A stretch of 34,230 bases of DNA. It comes from Chiloscyllium plagiosum. Its lineage: Eukaryota. The position numbers were made by a program, and so were the translations under genes. Shown here piece after piece: positions 12,258 through 22,545 of this stretch. Below the pieces are notes generated by a model. The model did not search any database and was not told the DNA's origin. It saw only the letters and a list, made by a program, of their open reading frames with translations. Every line of letters starts with the position of its first letter. The stretch's first letter is position 1. The stretch lies in NCBI RefSeq assembly GCF_004010195.1, contig NW_025213584.1:1-34230 (forward strand). The letters are read 5' to 3'.

Positions 12258-12995
12258 CCTACTTGGAATACTGTGTCCAGTTCTGGTCGCCCAGTTATAG
12301 GAATGATATCAAGTTGGAGAGGGTTCAGAAGAGATTTACCAGGATGGTGCCAAGTGTGGAAGGTTTGAGTTAGGCTGGGAATATTTTCATTGGAGCATAG
12401 GAGGTTGAGAGGTGACCTGATAGTTGTTTATAAAATAATGAGAGGTATAGATCAAGTTAAGGGTAGTTGTCTTTCCCAAGGAGGATGGATTTCAAGATTA
12501 GGGGGCACATTTTTACGATGAGAGGGGAGAGGTTTCAAAGAGACAGGAGGCAAACATTTTTTACACAGAGGATGGTTCGCTTGTGGAATGAACTTCCTGA
12601 GGAAGTGGAGGATGCGGGCACAGTTACATTGTTTAAAAGACATTTAGATAAGTACATGAATAGGAAAAGTTTAGAGGGATATGGGCCAGGAGCAGGCAGA
12701 TAGGACTAGTTTAGTTTGGAATAATTCTGGATCAGTGGTGCTGGAAAAGCACAGCAATTCAGGCAGCATCCGAAAAGCTTCGAAATCGACGTTTCGGGCA
12801 AAAGCCCTTCATCGGGAACGTCGATTTCGAAGCTTTTCGGATGCTGCCTGAATTGCTGTGCTCTTCCAGCACCACTGATCCAGAATCTGGTTTCCAGCAT
12901 CTGCAGTCATTGTTTTTACCTAGTTTGGAATAATGTTCGGCATGGACTGGTTGGACCAAAGAGTATGTCTCTGTTCTGTATGACCCGATGACTCT
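12258..12995 (+). mobile_element. CR1 LINE 3' end (host of the hairpin insertion)
   Basis: LEYCVQFWSP, RVQKRFTRMVP, RGDL, FFTQRMVRLWNELPEEV. The 3' UTR matches the copy at 14005-14380. Confidence 0.9.
12726..12920. mobile_element. Young Penelope-derived non-autonomous hairpin element with 14-bp TSD
   Basis: Arms 12724-12793 and 12817-12886 are complementary with one mismatch. 34-nt unpaired tail 12887-12920. Flanking direct repeat TAGTTTGGAATAAT at 12712-12725 and 12921-12934. Confidence 0.85.
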
Positions 12996-14004
12996 ACACT
13001 GCAATTGGCAAAATATTATTTTTTAAAATTTCTAGATCGTAGTTTCTGAAGAAACCGAGTTGAGAATGATAAGATTTGCTACTATCAATATACTTGATCA
13101 ATATACTTGATCCTCCCCTAGAGCCTTGCTGTCCTAAGTCCCAGTAAAACCATCTGACGCTCTCTCACCCTGTTGTCTCCCTTGGAATGGCCTTCGTTTC
13201 TGCTCCCTTAGTCATAGGATATGGCAAATAGTTTGAGCTTCTCCGTCATGGACTGTTTCATAGCTGCTGTTGTACACTTTGATCAGCTGCCTTTTCGTGG
13301 GTCCTACTTTGCAACAATTAAACACAGGCATAACTTCAAGGTTTTCCTTGAGCTCTATTCTTGTTCAGTTTGGGTAGCTTTTCAATACCCACTCCTAACT
13401 ACACTGACCTATTAATGATACCCACTTTCCTGCAAGTCACCACAACTCCCAAGATATTTTCTAATCCCTGACTGCAACATGTAACTGCCAAATAACTGCT
13501 AGAGTGTGACCCGAGTTCTAAAAGCACAGGAATATCCAACTCTGCTTGATTGCTTCTCACATGGTGTCCAACTACACGGACTTGGTGTAGTTCAGTTACC
13601 TTTGCAGCACTACAGCTCAACAGCCCACTTCTGGATAGTGCTTTATTTTCTTTGATTTTCCTTAGTCCCAACACATAGCTAACCAACTGCTCCAGGACAC
13701 CCCGAGCAAGAACTTCTGTTGTTCAGTTACCTTTCATGTGGTACTTCTAAAAGGCAACACTTCTAATATAGAGTCTTTCTTTTCTCTCCCTCACACTCCC
13801 ACTGAACTTTCAGTTCCCATTCCCTTGAGCTTCTGTTAGTGACCCTGAGCAGTCCTGAGTGACCTATTGAAAAACTTTGCAAATGGTCCTTTTCCCTAAT
13901 ATGAGTAGAATTGAATGCTCCGCACAATTCCTGGAATGAATGTACTCTGAACATTACGTTTCACTGACAATGCTTGCTTACTGTTAAAATTAAATAAGGA
14001 GTGG

Positions 14005-14380
14005 TTGGACAGGCTGGGAATTTTTTTCACTGGAGCAAAGGAGGTTGAGGAGGAACCTTATGGAAGTTTATAAGGTCATGAGAGTGAATGACAAGTGTCT
14101 TTTCTCTAGGGTAGTGGGGCTAGAGGGCATATTTTTTAGGTGCGAGGAGAAAGTTTTTAAAAAATACATGAGGGGCATTTGTTTTTTAACACAGAGTGGT
14201 TAGTGTGTGGAATGAATTTCCAGAGGAAGTGATATATTTGGGTAAGTACATGAATAGGAAATGTTTAGAGGGATATGAGCCAAGCACAGGCAGGTGGGAC
14301 AAGTTTAGTTTGGGATTATGGTGGCATGGACTGGTTAAACCAAAGGGTCTGTTTCTGTGCTGTGTGACTCAATGACTCTA
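14005..14380 (+). mobile_element. CR1 LINE 3' end fragment
   Basis: aggctggga...tcactggagc...gaggttgag; tgtggaatgaatttccagaggaagt; tail ...tgtgactcaatgactcta. Confidence 0.85.
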
Positions 14381-14938
14381 AATGGATATAATTAGTTAAA
14401 TACAAATTTTATAGATACTCCTTTGCATATTTAGTACATTTAGAAAACTATAAAGCTTAACTCAAACAAAAACAAGTACTTGTGACAAGTAGAACCAGCA
14501 GGATTTAAGCTTCATATCATGGACATAATTTAGTGCAGATACTCTTTCTCATTCCTTTAGCTTTGCAAGGAAGGTTTCATTTAAGTCTAGCTTTTCAGAG
14601 AGTGTTTCAAGGCCAGATCAGTAAACATGAAAAACAGCAACCCCTTGTGAAGTTTCATGATCATTACAATATGGAGGGAGTTACGTAAATTCATGAAATC
14701 TCTGTTGATTGCATTTGCTATTTAATGTGCAAGGTGGGGTTTTCAAGCGTTAACCATGTATGCTACATTTTTTGAATTTTGGGAAAAAGATGTACATATA
14801 TTGTAGGTTGTACTACTGTTCTAACTCGTACATGGTATAGAATTGTTGTTAGCTCGAAACTGGAATCTTGTGGCTTCCCTAGATCTTGCCTTAGGGAAAA
14901 TGATTATTGGTCCCGAACCAAATTATAACATATTAGGT

Positions 14939-16088
14939 GGTCCTGGATGTATGTTTGCTCGCTGAGCTGGAAGGTTCATTTTAAGATGTTTTGTCACCGT
15001 ACTAGGTAACATCTTTAGTGAGCCTCCGGATGAAGCACTGCTGGTGTTTCCTGCTTTCTGTTTATACCTTTGGTTTTCTTTGGGTTGGTGATGTCATTTC
15101 CTATGGTGATGCTATTTCCTGTTCTTTTTCTCAGGGAGTGATATATAGCATCCAAGTCAACATGTTTGTTGATAGAGTCCCAGTTGGAATGCCATGCTTC
15201 TAGGAATTCTCATATGTGTCTCTGTTTGGCTTGTCCTCAGATGGATGTGTTGTCCCAGTCAAAGTACTGTCCTTCCTTATCTGTATGTAAGGATACTAGT
15301 GAGAGAGGATCATGTCGTTTTGTGGCTGGTTGATGTTCATGTATCTTGGTGGCTAGTTTTCTGCCTGTGTGTCCAATGTAGTGTTTGTTACAGTTTTTGC
15401 AAAGGTATTTTGTAAATGACATTAGTTTTGCTTGTTGTCTGTATATGGTCTTTCAAGATCATTAGCTCCTGTTTTAGTGTCTGAATAGGTTTGTGGGCTA
15501 CCATGAAGCCAAAGGGTCTCAGTAGTCTGGGAGTCATTTCTGAGACGTCTTTGTAGGGGAGAGTGGCTAGGCTTTCTGCACGCGTTTTGTCTGCTTGTTT
15601 GGGTTTGTTCCTGAGAAATTGGCAGACTGTGTTCATTGGGTACCTTTTTTGAATACACTGTATGGGTGATTTTCACTAGTATCCTCACATACAGATAAGA
15701 AAGGACACCACTTCGACTAGGACAACACATCCATCCTAGGACAAATCAAACCGAGACACACATGAGAATTCCTAGAAGCATGGCATTCAAACTGGAACTC
15801 TATCAACAAACACATTGACTTGGATCCCATATACTACTCCCTGAGAAAAAGAACAGGAAATGGTATCGCTATAGGAAATGATGTCACCACAGGAAATGAC
15901 ATCACCAACCCAAGGAAACCCAAACATATAAAATGAAAGCAGGAAACACCGGCAGTGCTTCGTCTGGAAGCTCACTGAAGATGTTACCTAGTATGGTGAT
16001 GAAACTTCTGAAAATGAGCCTTCCAGCTCAGTGAGCAAACCTACATCCAGAACCTCAACCTGAGCTACAAATCTTCTCAAAATTCGCT
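14939..16088 (-). mobile_element. Penelope-like element, 5'-truncated, with GIY-YIG endonuclease remnant and inverted pseudo-LTR
   Basis: Frameshifted minus ORFs join to ...LATLPYKDVSEM..RLLRP...KTNVIYKIP/CKNCNKHYIGHTGRKLATKIHEH (GIY-YIG). About 14939-15302 is the reverse complement of about 15674-16053. Extra ~35-nt tail to 16088. Confidence 0.92.
15972..16011 (+). ncRNA. Minimal hammerhead ribozyme-like motif in the Penelope pseudo-LTR (degenerate)
   Basis: tca-CTGAAGA-t-gttacc-tagtat-ggtgat-GAAAC-TTC-tga: CUGANGA core, stem II, GAAA box, NUH triplet, 3-bp stem I. Confidence 0.6.
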
Positions 16089-16224
16089 AACACCTATGGA
16101 CGCAATATGCTAAAACTGGCCTGAAAATTCGTGGTCCTCTCTAGAATCATTATGTAAAGTTAGCAGTTTGGCATGGGATCATAACCGCTTTCAACAGCAG
16201 ATTTGATTGGATCAAATAAAAGAG

Positions 16225-16290
16225 AAATGTCGATTCTCCTGCTCCTTGGATGCTGCCTGACCTGCTTTTCCAGCACCACACTCTTGACCA
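16225..16290 (+). mobile_element. Half-copy of the Penelope-derived hairpin family
   Basis: gaaatgtcgattctcctgctccttggatgctgcctgacctgcttttccagcaccac, similar to 12817-12877 and 32196-32257. Confidence 0.7.
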
Positions 16291-16414
16291 AATAAAACAT
16301 GGTTGAAGTTTGTTCTCATCTGCAAAAATTTCTCACTATTCCAGGATCATTTGTTTTTTTTAACAATCTATCAGTCATGTACTAAATCACAAATTGCACA
16401 CTTTACTCTGCTAG

Positions 16415-16554
16415 GTCATCTGGTACATCTAGAAGAGGATGAGAATGCAAATCCAATATTATGGTGTGCATTAAGTGAAGGTAAAGTAGTGCTGTTTAAT
16501 GCAAAAACGTGGTCCATTCAGCAGCATTGTATTCAAGTGGGAAACTCGAAATTG
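16415..16554 (+). CDS. DENND3: DENND3 coding exon 5 of 10 (WD40 region)
   Basis: ctgctag acceptor, gtgagt donor. (G)HLVHLEEDENANPILWCALSEGKVVLFNAKTWSIQQHCIQVGNSKL. Phase 1 to 0. Confidence 0.94.
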
Positions 16555-17374
16555 GTGAGTTGAAACGTATTTTAAAACATATGAGAAGGCATTGAGGGCA
16601 AATTAGGTATCAGATGAAAAAAATTGGCAAATGCATTGCTGATGCATAACAATGTGCATTTTCTGACCTTTTACTTAGCTAATCGTGTTAAGATTAATGG
16701 AAAGATTCCCCTATTCACAACCGGCATTAGGTTACCATATAAACTTGTGTGAAATTTTCCATGTTATTTTTTTGTTTGCTTAAAAACTTCTGGTTTTCCA
16801 AGTGTCTTGTATAAACGTTGACCTGAGATTTTCAGTGATCAATGTCCAAAAATATCACAACCAAAGTACAATCCCTCCAATCACATCAAAATTCTCAATT
16901 TATTATTAATGAACAAAGTTAATCACAATATTCCTTGTCAATGAAGTGTATTGTTTATCATGGAAGCAGGATGAATGAAGATTGATTTTGAATTTTAGGA
17001 GAAACAACTTGCAGATCAGAGCATTAAAGCATCAGAGCATCTTTCATTGAGACAAGATATAGGGCCCAACTTCCAAACCAAACATTAAAACAATGGCTCG
17101 GGCCTTGTGATCTAAACTGTTGCCCTCAACCCACACAGAAAACACGTGCTGTTGCAAAGTTTAATGCAATCCTGATATTCAAAGACTTAAATCACAGTCT
17201 GGAAGCTGTCATTGTGATGTTTTCTATTGCTGCAGCCCGTCTGGTTTTCTATCCCAGTTCCTGAGAAGCATTGAAATCACAGGCCCAGCCAATGCTTTCT
17301 CTCCTGTGGTTTGGGGGCAAGCTCTTTAATAACAGAGAGAGAAAAACTGTAAATGTGTGGGCACCAGTGTTTTT

Positions 17375-17635
17375 TAAAAAATTTATTCACAGAATGTGGC
17401 AGTCACTGGCATTTAGTGGCCATCCTTAATTACTCAGAGGAAGGTTAAGAGTCAACCATATTGCTGTGGATCTGGAATCGTACATAAGCCAGACCAGATA
17501 AGGACAGCAGTTACCTTTCCTAAAGGATATTATTGCACCAGATGGGTTTTTCTGACAATCGACAGTGGTTTTGTGTTCAACACTCTCTGGATTTCTGGAT
17601 TAATTGTCCAGCAATAATGCCAGTAGGCCATTGAC
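17375..17635 (-). mobile_element. SINE/LINE fragment with L2-type 3' tail
   Basis: atttattcac...catccttaatt...gttaagagtcaaccatattgctgtggatctgga; reverse homolog of the tails at about 6075 and 10840. Confidence 0.65.
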
Positions 17636-17906
17636 TCTTTATTACCTTGTAAATGTACTGGTAACTGTCTTTAGTTGAAAATAAGCTGCTAAAAAACAAT
17701 AACCATGTAGATGTCAATCCCTTAAATTACTGAGTGAAAAAAAGTTTGGTCTGAAAAGTTTACTTAAACATGCGTTTGATTGGAATACTTCTTGGAAGAA
17801 TTTGATTTCATGTGTTAAGTGTGTGACATTTTGAAAATGTAAGATCTTACTGTGGAAGGGATGCAAAACAGACAGCATCTTGTCTGCTGAATACCTTGTT
17901 GATATA

Positions 17907-18165
17907 AGACCATAAGACATAGGAGTGGAAGTAAGGCCATTTGGCCCATTGAATCCACTCCGCTATTCAATCATGGCTGATGGGCATTTCAACTCCACTT
18001 ACCCGCATTCTCCCCGTAGCCCTTAATTCCTTGTGACATCAAGAATTTATCAATCTCTGGCTTGAAGACATTTAGCGTCCCGGCCTCAACTGCACTCTGC
18101 GGCAATGAATTCCACAGACCCACCACTCTCTGGCTGAAGAAATGTCTCCTCATTTCTGTTTTGAA
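17907..18165 (-). mobile_element. Relatively young CR1 3' end fragment
   Basis: taagaccataagacatagga...ggccatt...gccatgat-type tail and ctggctgaagaaatgtctcctcat (FFSQRVV on the minus strand). CpGs retained. Confidence 0.85.
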
Positions 18166-18264
18166 TTGTAATTTGAGGATTGGATGTCAATTCAAATGGA
18201 TCTAAAATTGCTATCACGTTCTTTTGAATGAAATCTTTCTTGTACAAACATGTTACACTGAAAT

Positions 18265-19552
18265 GTAGAAAATAGAAGGAGGAGTTGAATATTGGACTCT
18301 TTGAGCATACTCTGCCATTATTATGATCATGTCTGATCATCCAATTCAAACCCAGTTCTTGCTTTTCTTCCATTTTCTTAGATCCTTTTAGCCCCAAGTG
18401 CTATTTCTGACATCTACTTGAAATTGTGCCATGTTCAGGCTCCCCACTGTCTGAGTGAAGAAATTTCTGGTAATCTCAGATATGGATATTCCTGTATCCT
18501 TAGACTGTGACTTCTGGTTTTGGACTCCCCGCCATCTGGAACAGCCTTTCTGTCTAATCCTGTTCAAATTTAATAGGTTTCTATGAGATCACCCCCTATT
18601 CTTCTGAACTCCAGCAAATGTAATCCTGTCATCCCAGGAATCAGTCTGGTAAATCCTTGCTGCTCTCTCTGTGCAAGAATATCCTTCCTCAGATAAGGAG
18701 AACAAAACTGCACACGGTATTCCAGGTGTAGTCTGACCAATGTGTTGTATAATTGAAACAAAATATCCCGCTCCTGTACTCACATTTTCTTGCTACAAAA
18801 GCTTCACATTTATCCACATTATATTGCATCTGCCATGCATTTGGGCATTTACTCAACTTGTCCAACATTTCATCGTCCTCCTCACAACATCCCCCCCAGC
18901 TTTGTGTCAACTTCAAATCTGGAGACATCACATTTTGTTCCCTCATCTAAATCATTATTGTATATTGTAAATTGTTGGGGACCTAGTATTGATCCCTGCA
19001 ATGTCCAATTAGTCACTGACTGCCATTTGGTAAAACACCTGTTCATTCTTATTCTTTATTTCCTGTCTGTCAACCAGCTTTCTGTCCGTCTCAACACACT
19101 ACTCTCAATCACATTTGCTGTAATATTCCACACTAATCTCTTATGTGGGACTTGTTGAAAGCTTTTTAAAAGTTGAACTAAACCACATCCACTGGTTCCT
19201 TCTCATCAACTCTACTAGTTACATCCTTGAAAATATTCCAGTAGATTTGTCAAGCACGATGTGAGTCTATGCTAACTCTGTTTGGTTCTGTCAGTATTTT
19301 CCAAGAGCTCTGTTATTATATGTTTTACAATGGACTCTAGCATTTTCCCCACTACCAACGACAGCCTGACTTGTCTAAAATGCCTGGTTTTCTCTCTAAC
19401 TAACTTTTTTTTTAAGATAGAGGGTTACATGAGCTACTCTCCAATCTAAAGTGCTCCAGAGTCTATAGAATCTTGGAAAATGGCCACCGATGCATCCACA
19501 ATTTCGAGGGCCACTTCCATAACTACTGTGCAATGTAGACTGTCTGGCTTTG
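18265..19552 (-). mobile_element. CR1 LINE (RT to 3' end), degenerate
   Basis: LYNTLVRLHLEYRVQFCSPYLRKDI...EFRRIGGDLIETY; WQMQYNVDKC; DVV*FNF*KAFNKSH. Confidence 0.9.
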
Positions 19553-19798
19553 GGAAATACAATTTGAAAACATTGTGAATAATTGGGCAGGGAGGGAGAC
19601 CTTACAGATAATACAATAGTGAGAAAATTGATTAATTTTCATTGCAGTCCAAAAAGTGCAGTGTCGAATGTGATAATAGTTGGTACAAAATCTACTTCCT
19701 GAAACATGTATTCCTATTTAAGAGCTCTTATGAATTGTGTTACAATTTGATATTTCTATTATTGAAATTAGCCGGTTTTGTTATTGATTTATTTTCAG

Positions 19799-19959
19799 AA
19801 CTGTATGTTGGCAGTGGAGTTCAGCCAAGTTTGGGTTGGTTCACAAGATTCCTCTGTTTACATTATCAATGCTCATAGCATGTCCTGCAACAAGCAACTG
19901 ACTGAACACTTCAGTGATGTCACCGACATGGTCTTGGAGGATAAGGGCTCAAAGTTCAG
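19799..19959 (+). CDS. DENND3: DENND3 coding exon 6 of 10 (WD40 region)
   Basis: ttttcag acceptor, gtattg donor. NCMLAVEFSQVWVGSQDSSVYIINAHSMSCNKQLTEHFSDVTDMVLEDKGSKF. Phase 0 to 2. Confidence 0.94.
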
Positions 19960-20139
19960 GTATTGTAGCTCAAACAAATATGTTCTTTACTGTCTAGAAG
20001 TTAGATTTAGAGCTTTGAAATTATGATATTTGAAGAGAAGATATGAATAATGTATGAATTAATACAGCATGCTTTGAGTAAGCATCTTTTGATTTAGTTT
20101 GTGTTAAGTAGTGAAGTAATAAAGGTTTTGTATTTTTAG

Positions 20140-20282
20140 TCAAAAGCAAGTGTATTCATGCAGTCTCGATGGAAGAGTCATTTGCTGGGATGTGCACACA
20201 TTAGAGATAAAGACTAATTTTCAGTTGTCCAACTGCCACAAGTTAACTTCCATTAAACTTCACAATTCTATGCTCTGGTGTT
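20140..20282 (+). CDS. DENND3: DENND3 coding exon 7 of 10 (WD40 region)
   Basis: tttttag acceptor, gtaagt donor. (S)QKQVYSCSLDGRVICWDVHTLEIKTNFQLSNCHKLTSIKLHNSMLWC. Phase 2 to 1. Confidence 0.93.
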
Positions 20283-20283
20283 G

Positions 20284-20415
20284 TAAGTAATGGCAATATT
20301 TTGATTTTCTTTAAATTTTTCCAGTTTCTTAGAACAAGATAAAATTGCATAAGTAATAGCAATATTTTAATTTTCTTTAAATTTTTCCAGTTTCTTAAAA
20401 CAAGATAAAATTGCA
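20284..20415 (+). repeat. 66-bp tandem duplication starting within the exon-7 splice donor
   Basis: Units 20284-20349 and 20350-20415 differ at 3 positions. Confidence 0.9.
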
Positions 20416-20679
20416 TATATAGATAATAGATTTATTTAAATTGCACAGAAGATCATAGTATTTAACTACTAACCAAATATATTTCCTCAGTGTTGTAACA
20501 GTCAGGTTTATTTAACAATTGCATACTGCATTTTTTGACTATCCATTTATATGATGGAATGTTTCCTTCTATTCGATGCCTTACATGGATTTCACTTAAT
20601 CGTGGACTTTGTCATGCAGAAAGACACTATTTGGCTTATTAGGTTGATGCTGAGAAATTTAGGAAGTTCTGCTCTTTGG

Positions 20680-21330
20680 CCCTTTTCTGCATCCCTGCGA
20701 GTTTTTCTTTTCCATTCAGGTTTTATTCAATTCTGTTTTAAACACCATGGTTGAACCTGTAGCTATCACTATTTAAGGTAGTACAAGTCAGATTCAAATT
20801 ACAGTACATAAAAAAGTTTTTATCATGTTACCTTTGACTCTTTATTCCAATCATTTAAAACTGTGTCCTCTGGTTCTTGACCCCTCTCCCAATGGGAGCA
20901 TTTGCTCCCTATCTATTCAGTCTAAGTTCCTCATGATTTTGAACACTTCTCTCAAATCTCTTCTCACTCTTTGTTTAAGAGTATCCTCCTTAAAGCCTTC
21001 TGGTCCCTCTTAAAATATGATGTCAAAAGCTGTTCATTGAGATTGAGCTAGTGTTGTTAAACAAATCATTACTTCCTAGCTTTTGATCTCCTATGTATAC
21101 ATTCCTTTATTTAAAAAAATAGTTTAACACTAATGTTTCCTGTCGCTCAGCTCATTCAGAATCCATGCTGCCACTGTCCCATTTATTCTATGGGCTTCAA
21201 CTTTGCTAACAAACCTGTTGGGTGATGCCCTACCTCAAGCCTTTTGAGACTCTATGTTTATATTACCTTGCCCTCATTAATGCTCTCTATTATGCCCCCA
21301 AAAAACTCTATCAAATTAAATGGTTGTCTG
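20680..21330 (-). mobile_element. Old degenerate CR1 LINE fragments
   Basis: ctgtgtcctctggttcttgacc, ctcatgattttgaacacttctctcaaatct (RGDL..VFKIM on the minus strand), caagccttttg. Confidence 0.65.
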
Positions 21331-21371
21331 TAATATTAATATTTCAAGCTTGTCTGCCCTGAGTCTATTAG

Positions 21372-21490
21372 GTATAGGAGACGCTTTGCTGGAAGTGAAA
21401 AAAAATGGACAGGTGGTACGAAAAGTGACATTACTGGAAAATCCAAAAGGGAGTTATGTCCAATTTAGCAGTTTCCTTGTCTTTCTTGAG
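21372..21490 (+). CDS. DENND3: DENND3 coding exon 8 of 10
   Basis: ctattag acceptor, gtaggc donor. (C)IGDALLEVKKNGQVVRKVTLLENPKGSYVQFSSFLVFLE, the same length and pattern as human CTGNSIMVMKMNG...FLAFQLLPE. Phase 1 to 0 fits both neighbours. Confidence 0.88.
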
Positions 21491-21527
21491 GTAGGCTGAA
21501 ACAATTACATTTTGATACAACAAAAGT

Positions 21528-21722
21528 AAAAACAAAATATTGCTGATGCTCGAGATCTGAAATAAAACCAAAAAGTGCTAGAGAAACTTAACAGGTCTAC
21601 AGCATCTCTGGGGAGAGACAGAAAACTACAGCTAACATTTCAAGTCCAGTTGAAATTGGAAAGTTAACTCCATTTCTCTCTGTACCTTTGCTGCCAGAGC
21701 TACTAAGTTTCTCTAGTGCTTT
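21528..21722. mobile_element. Older hairpin-plus-tail element (Penelope-derived type)
   Basis: Arm aaagtgctagagaaactta...cagca (from 21572) is imperfectly complementary to tgctg...aagtttctctagtgcttt (to 21722). About 40-nt tail on the left side. Confidence 0.6.
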
Positions 21723-22407
21723 GTATAATACATATTGAGGCTTCGTGGAGAATACAGACCACCATTACTCTCTGGAAACCCCAGCTTCATTTTTTTTTTT
21801 GAAGATCGGAACAGGTATTTAATGTGGTGGATTGCTGAGGGTTGATAATTTGTCAAATGGTAGAAATTTCACCTCACCCCCTTTTTCCACCATGTTGGAA
21901 GGTCACAGATGTGAACTGTTTCTCCACATTTGCTGCTTGAATCTGCTGAATAATTCTAACATTTTCTGATTTATTTCAAATTTCTAGCACACGTAGCATT
22001 TTTTTTGTATTAGAAATACATATTATAGTTGAGTAAAATATTCAGTGTTCATTTCAAAAAAGAGTAAAGAAATGAAAAATGCAGTTAATGTTTGGAAAAA
22101 TGGTCCCTGATAATAGTACTGATTTTGCATAAACTTTGCAGCATTGGAAACACTTAATTGAAGAAAATGGGCATCTATTTACTGCTGTGAAATTGAGAAA
22201 ACTGCTTTACTTTTGAGAAAGTCAGTATGTTGGAGGTGACACTTTTGCATTTTATATATGGACATATTTTTGATTACTGGTGTTGTAGCAACAGAAGCAG
22301 GAGTCTTGAACAAGTGTTCTGAGATTACTCTTAAGTCGAACAAGCGAATAAAACTTGTGACATGTATTGTTTCATTTTCGTGACTGGCTCATATATTTTC
22401 TCTTCAG

Positions 22408-22545
22408 GAAAATCAGTTGGTGACAGCATGTGCTGATAAAGGAGAAGTTTGTATTTGGGATTTGAAATATCTGTCACAACCCTTGCAGAAGATCCAGCTT
22501 CAGGCCTGCAATAGCATTAATTGTATGATACGTGTTAAAAATCAG
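22408..22545 (+). CDS. DENND3: DENND3 coding exon 9 of 10
   Basis: tcttcag acceptor, gtattt donor. ENQLVTACADKGEVCIWDLKYLSQPLQKIQLQACNSINCMIRVKNQ. Phase 0 to 0. Confidence 0.94.

Noticed and set aside
12724..12886. miRNA gene, terminator or classical DNA-transposon MITE
   Set aside because: The asymmetric tail, 14-bp TSD and single-arm relatives elsewhere fit a Penelope-derived retro-insertion better.
15237..15636. Functional or domesticated GIY-YIG nuclease gene
   Set aside because: Frameshifted and truncated, and embedded in a Penelope inverted-repeat structure.
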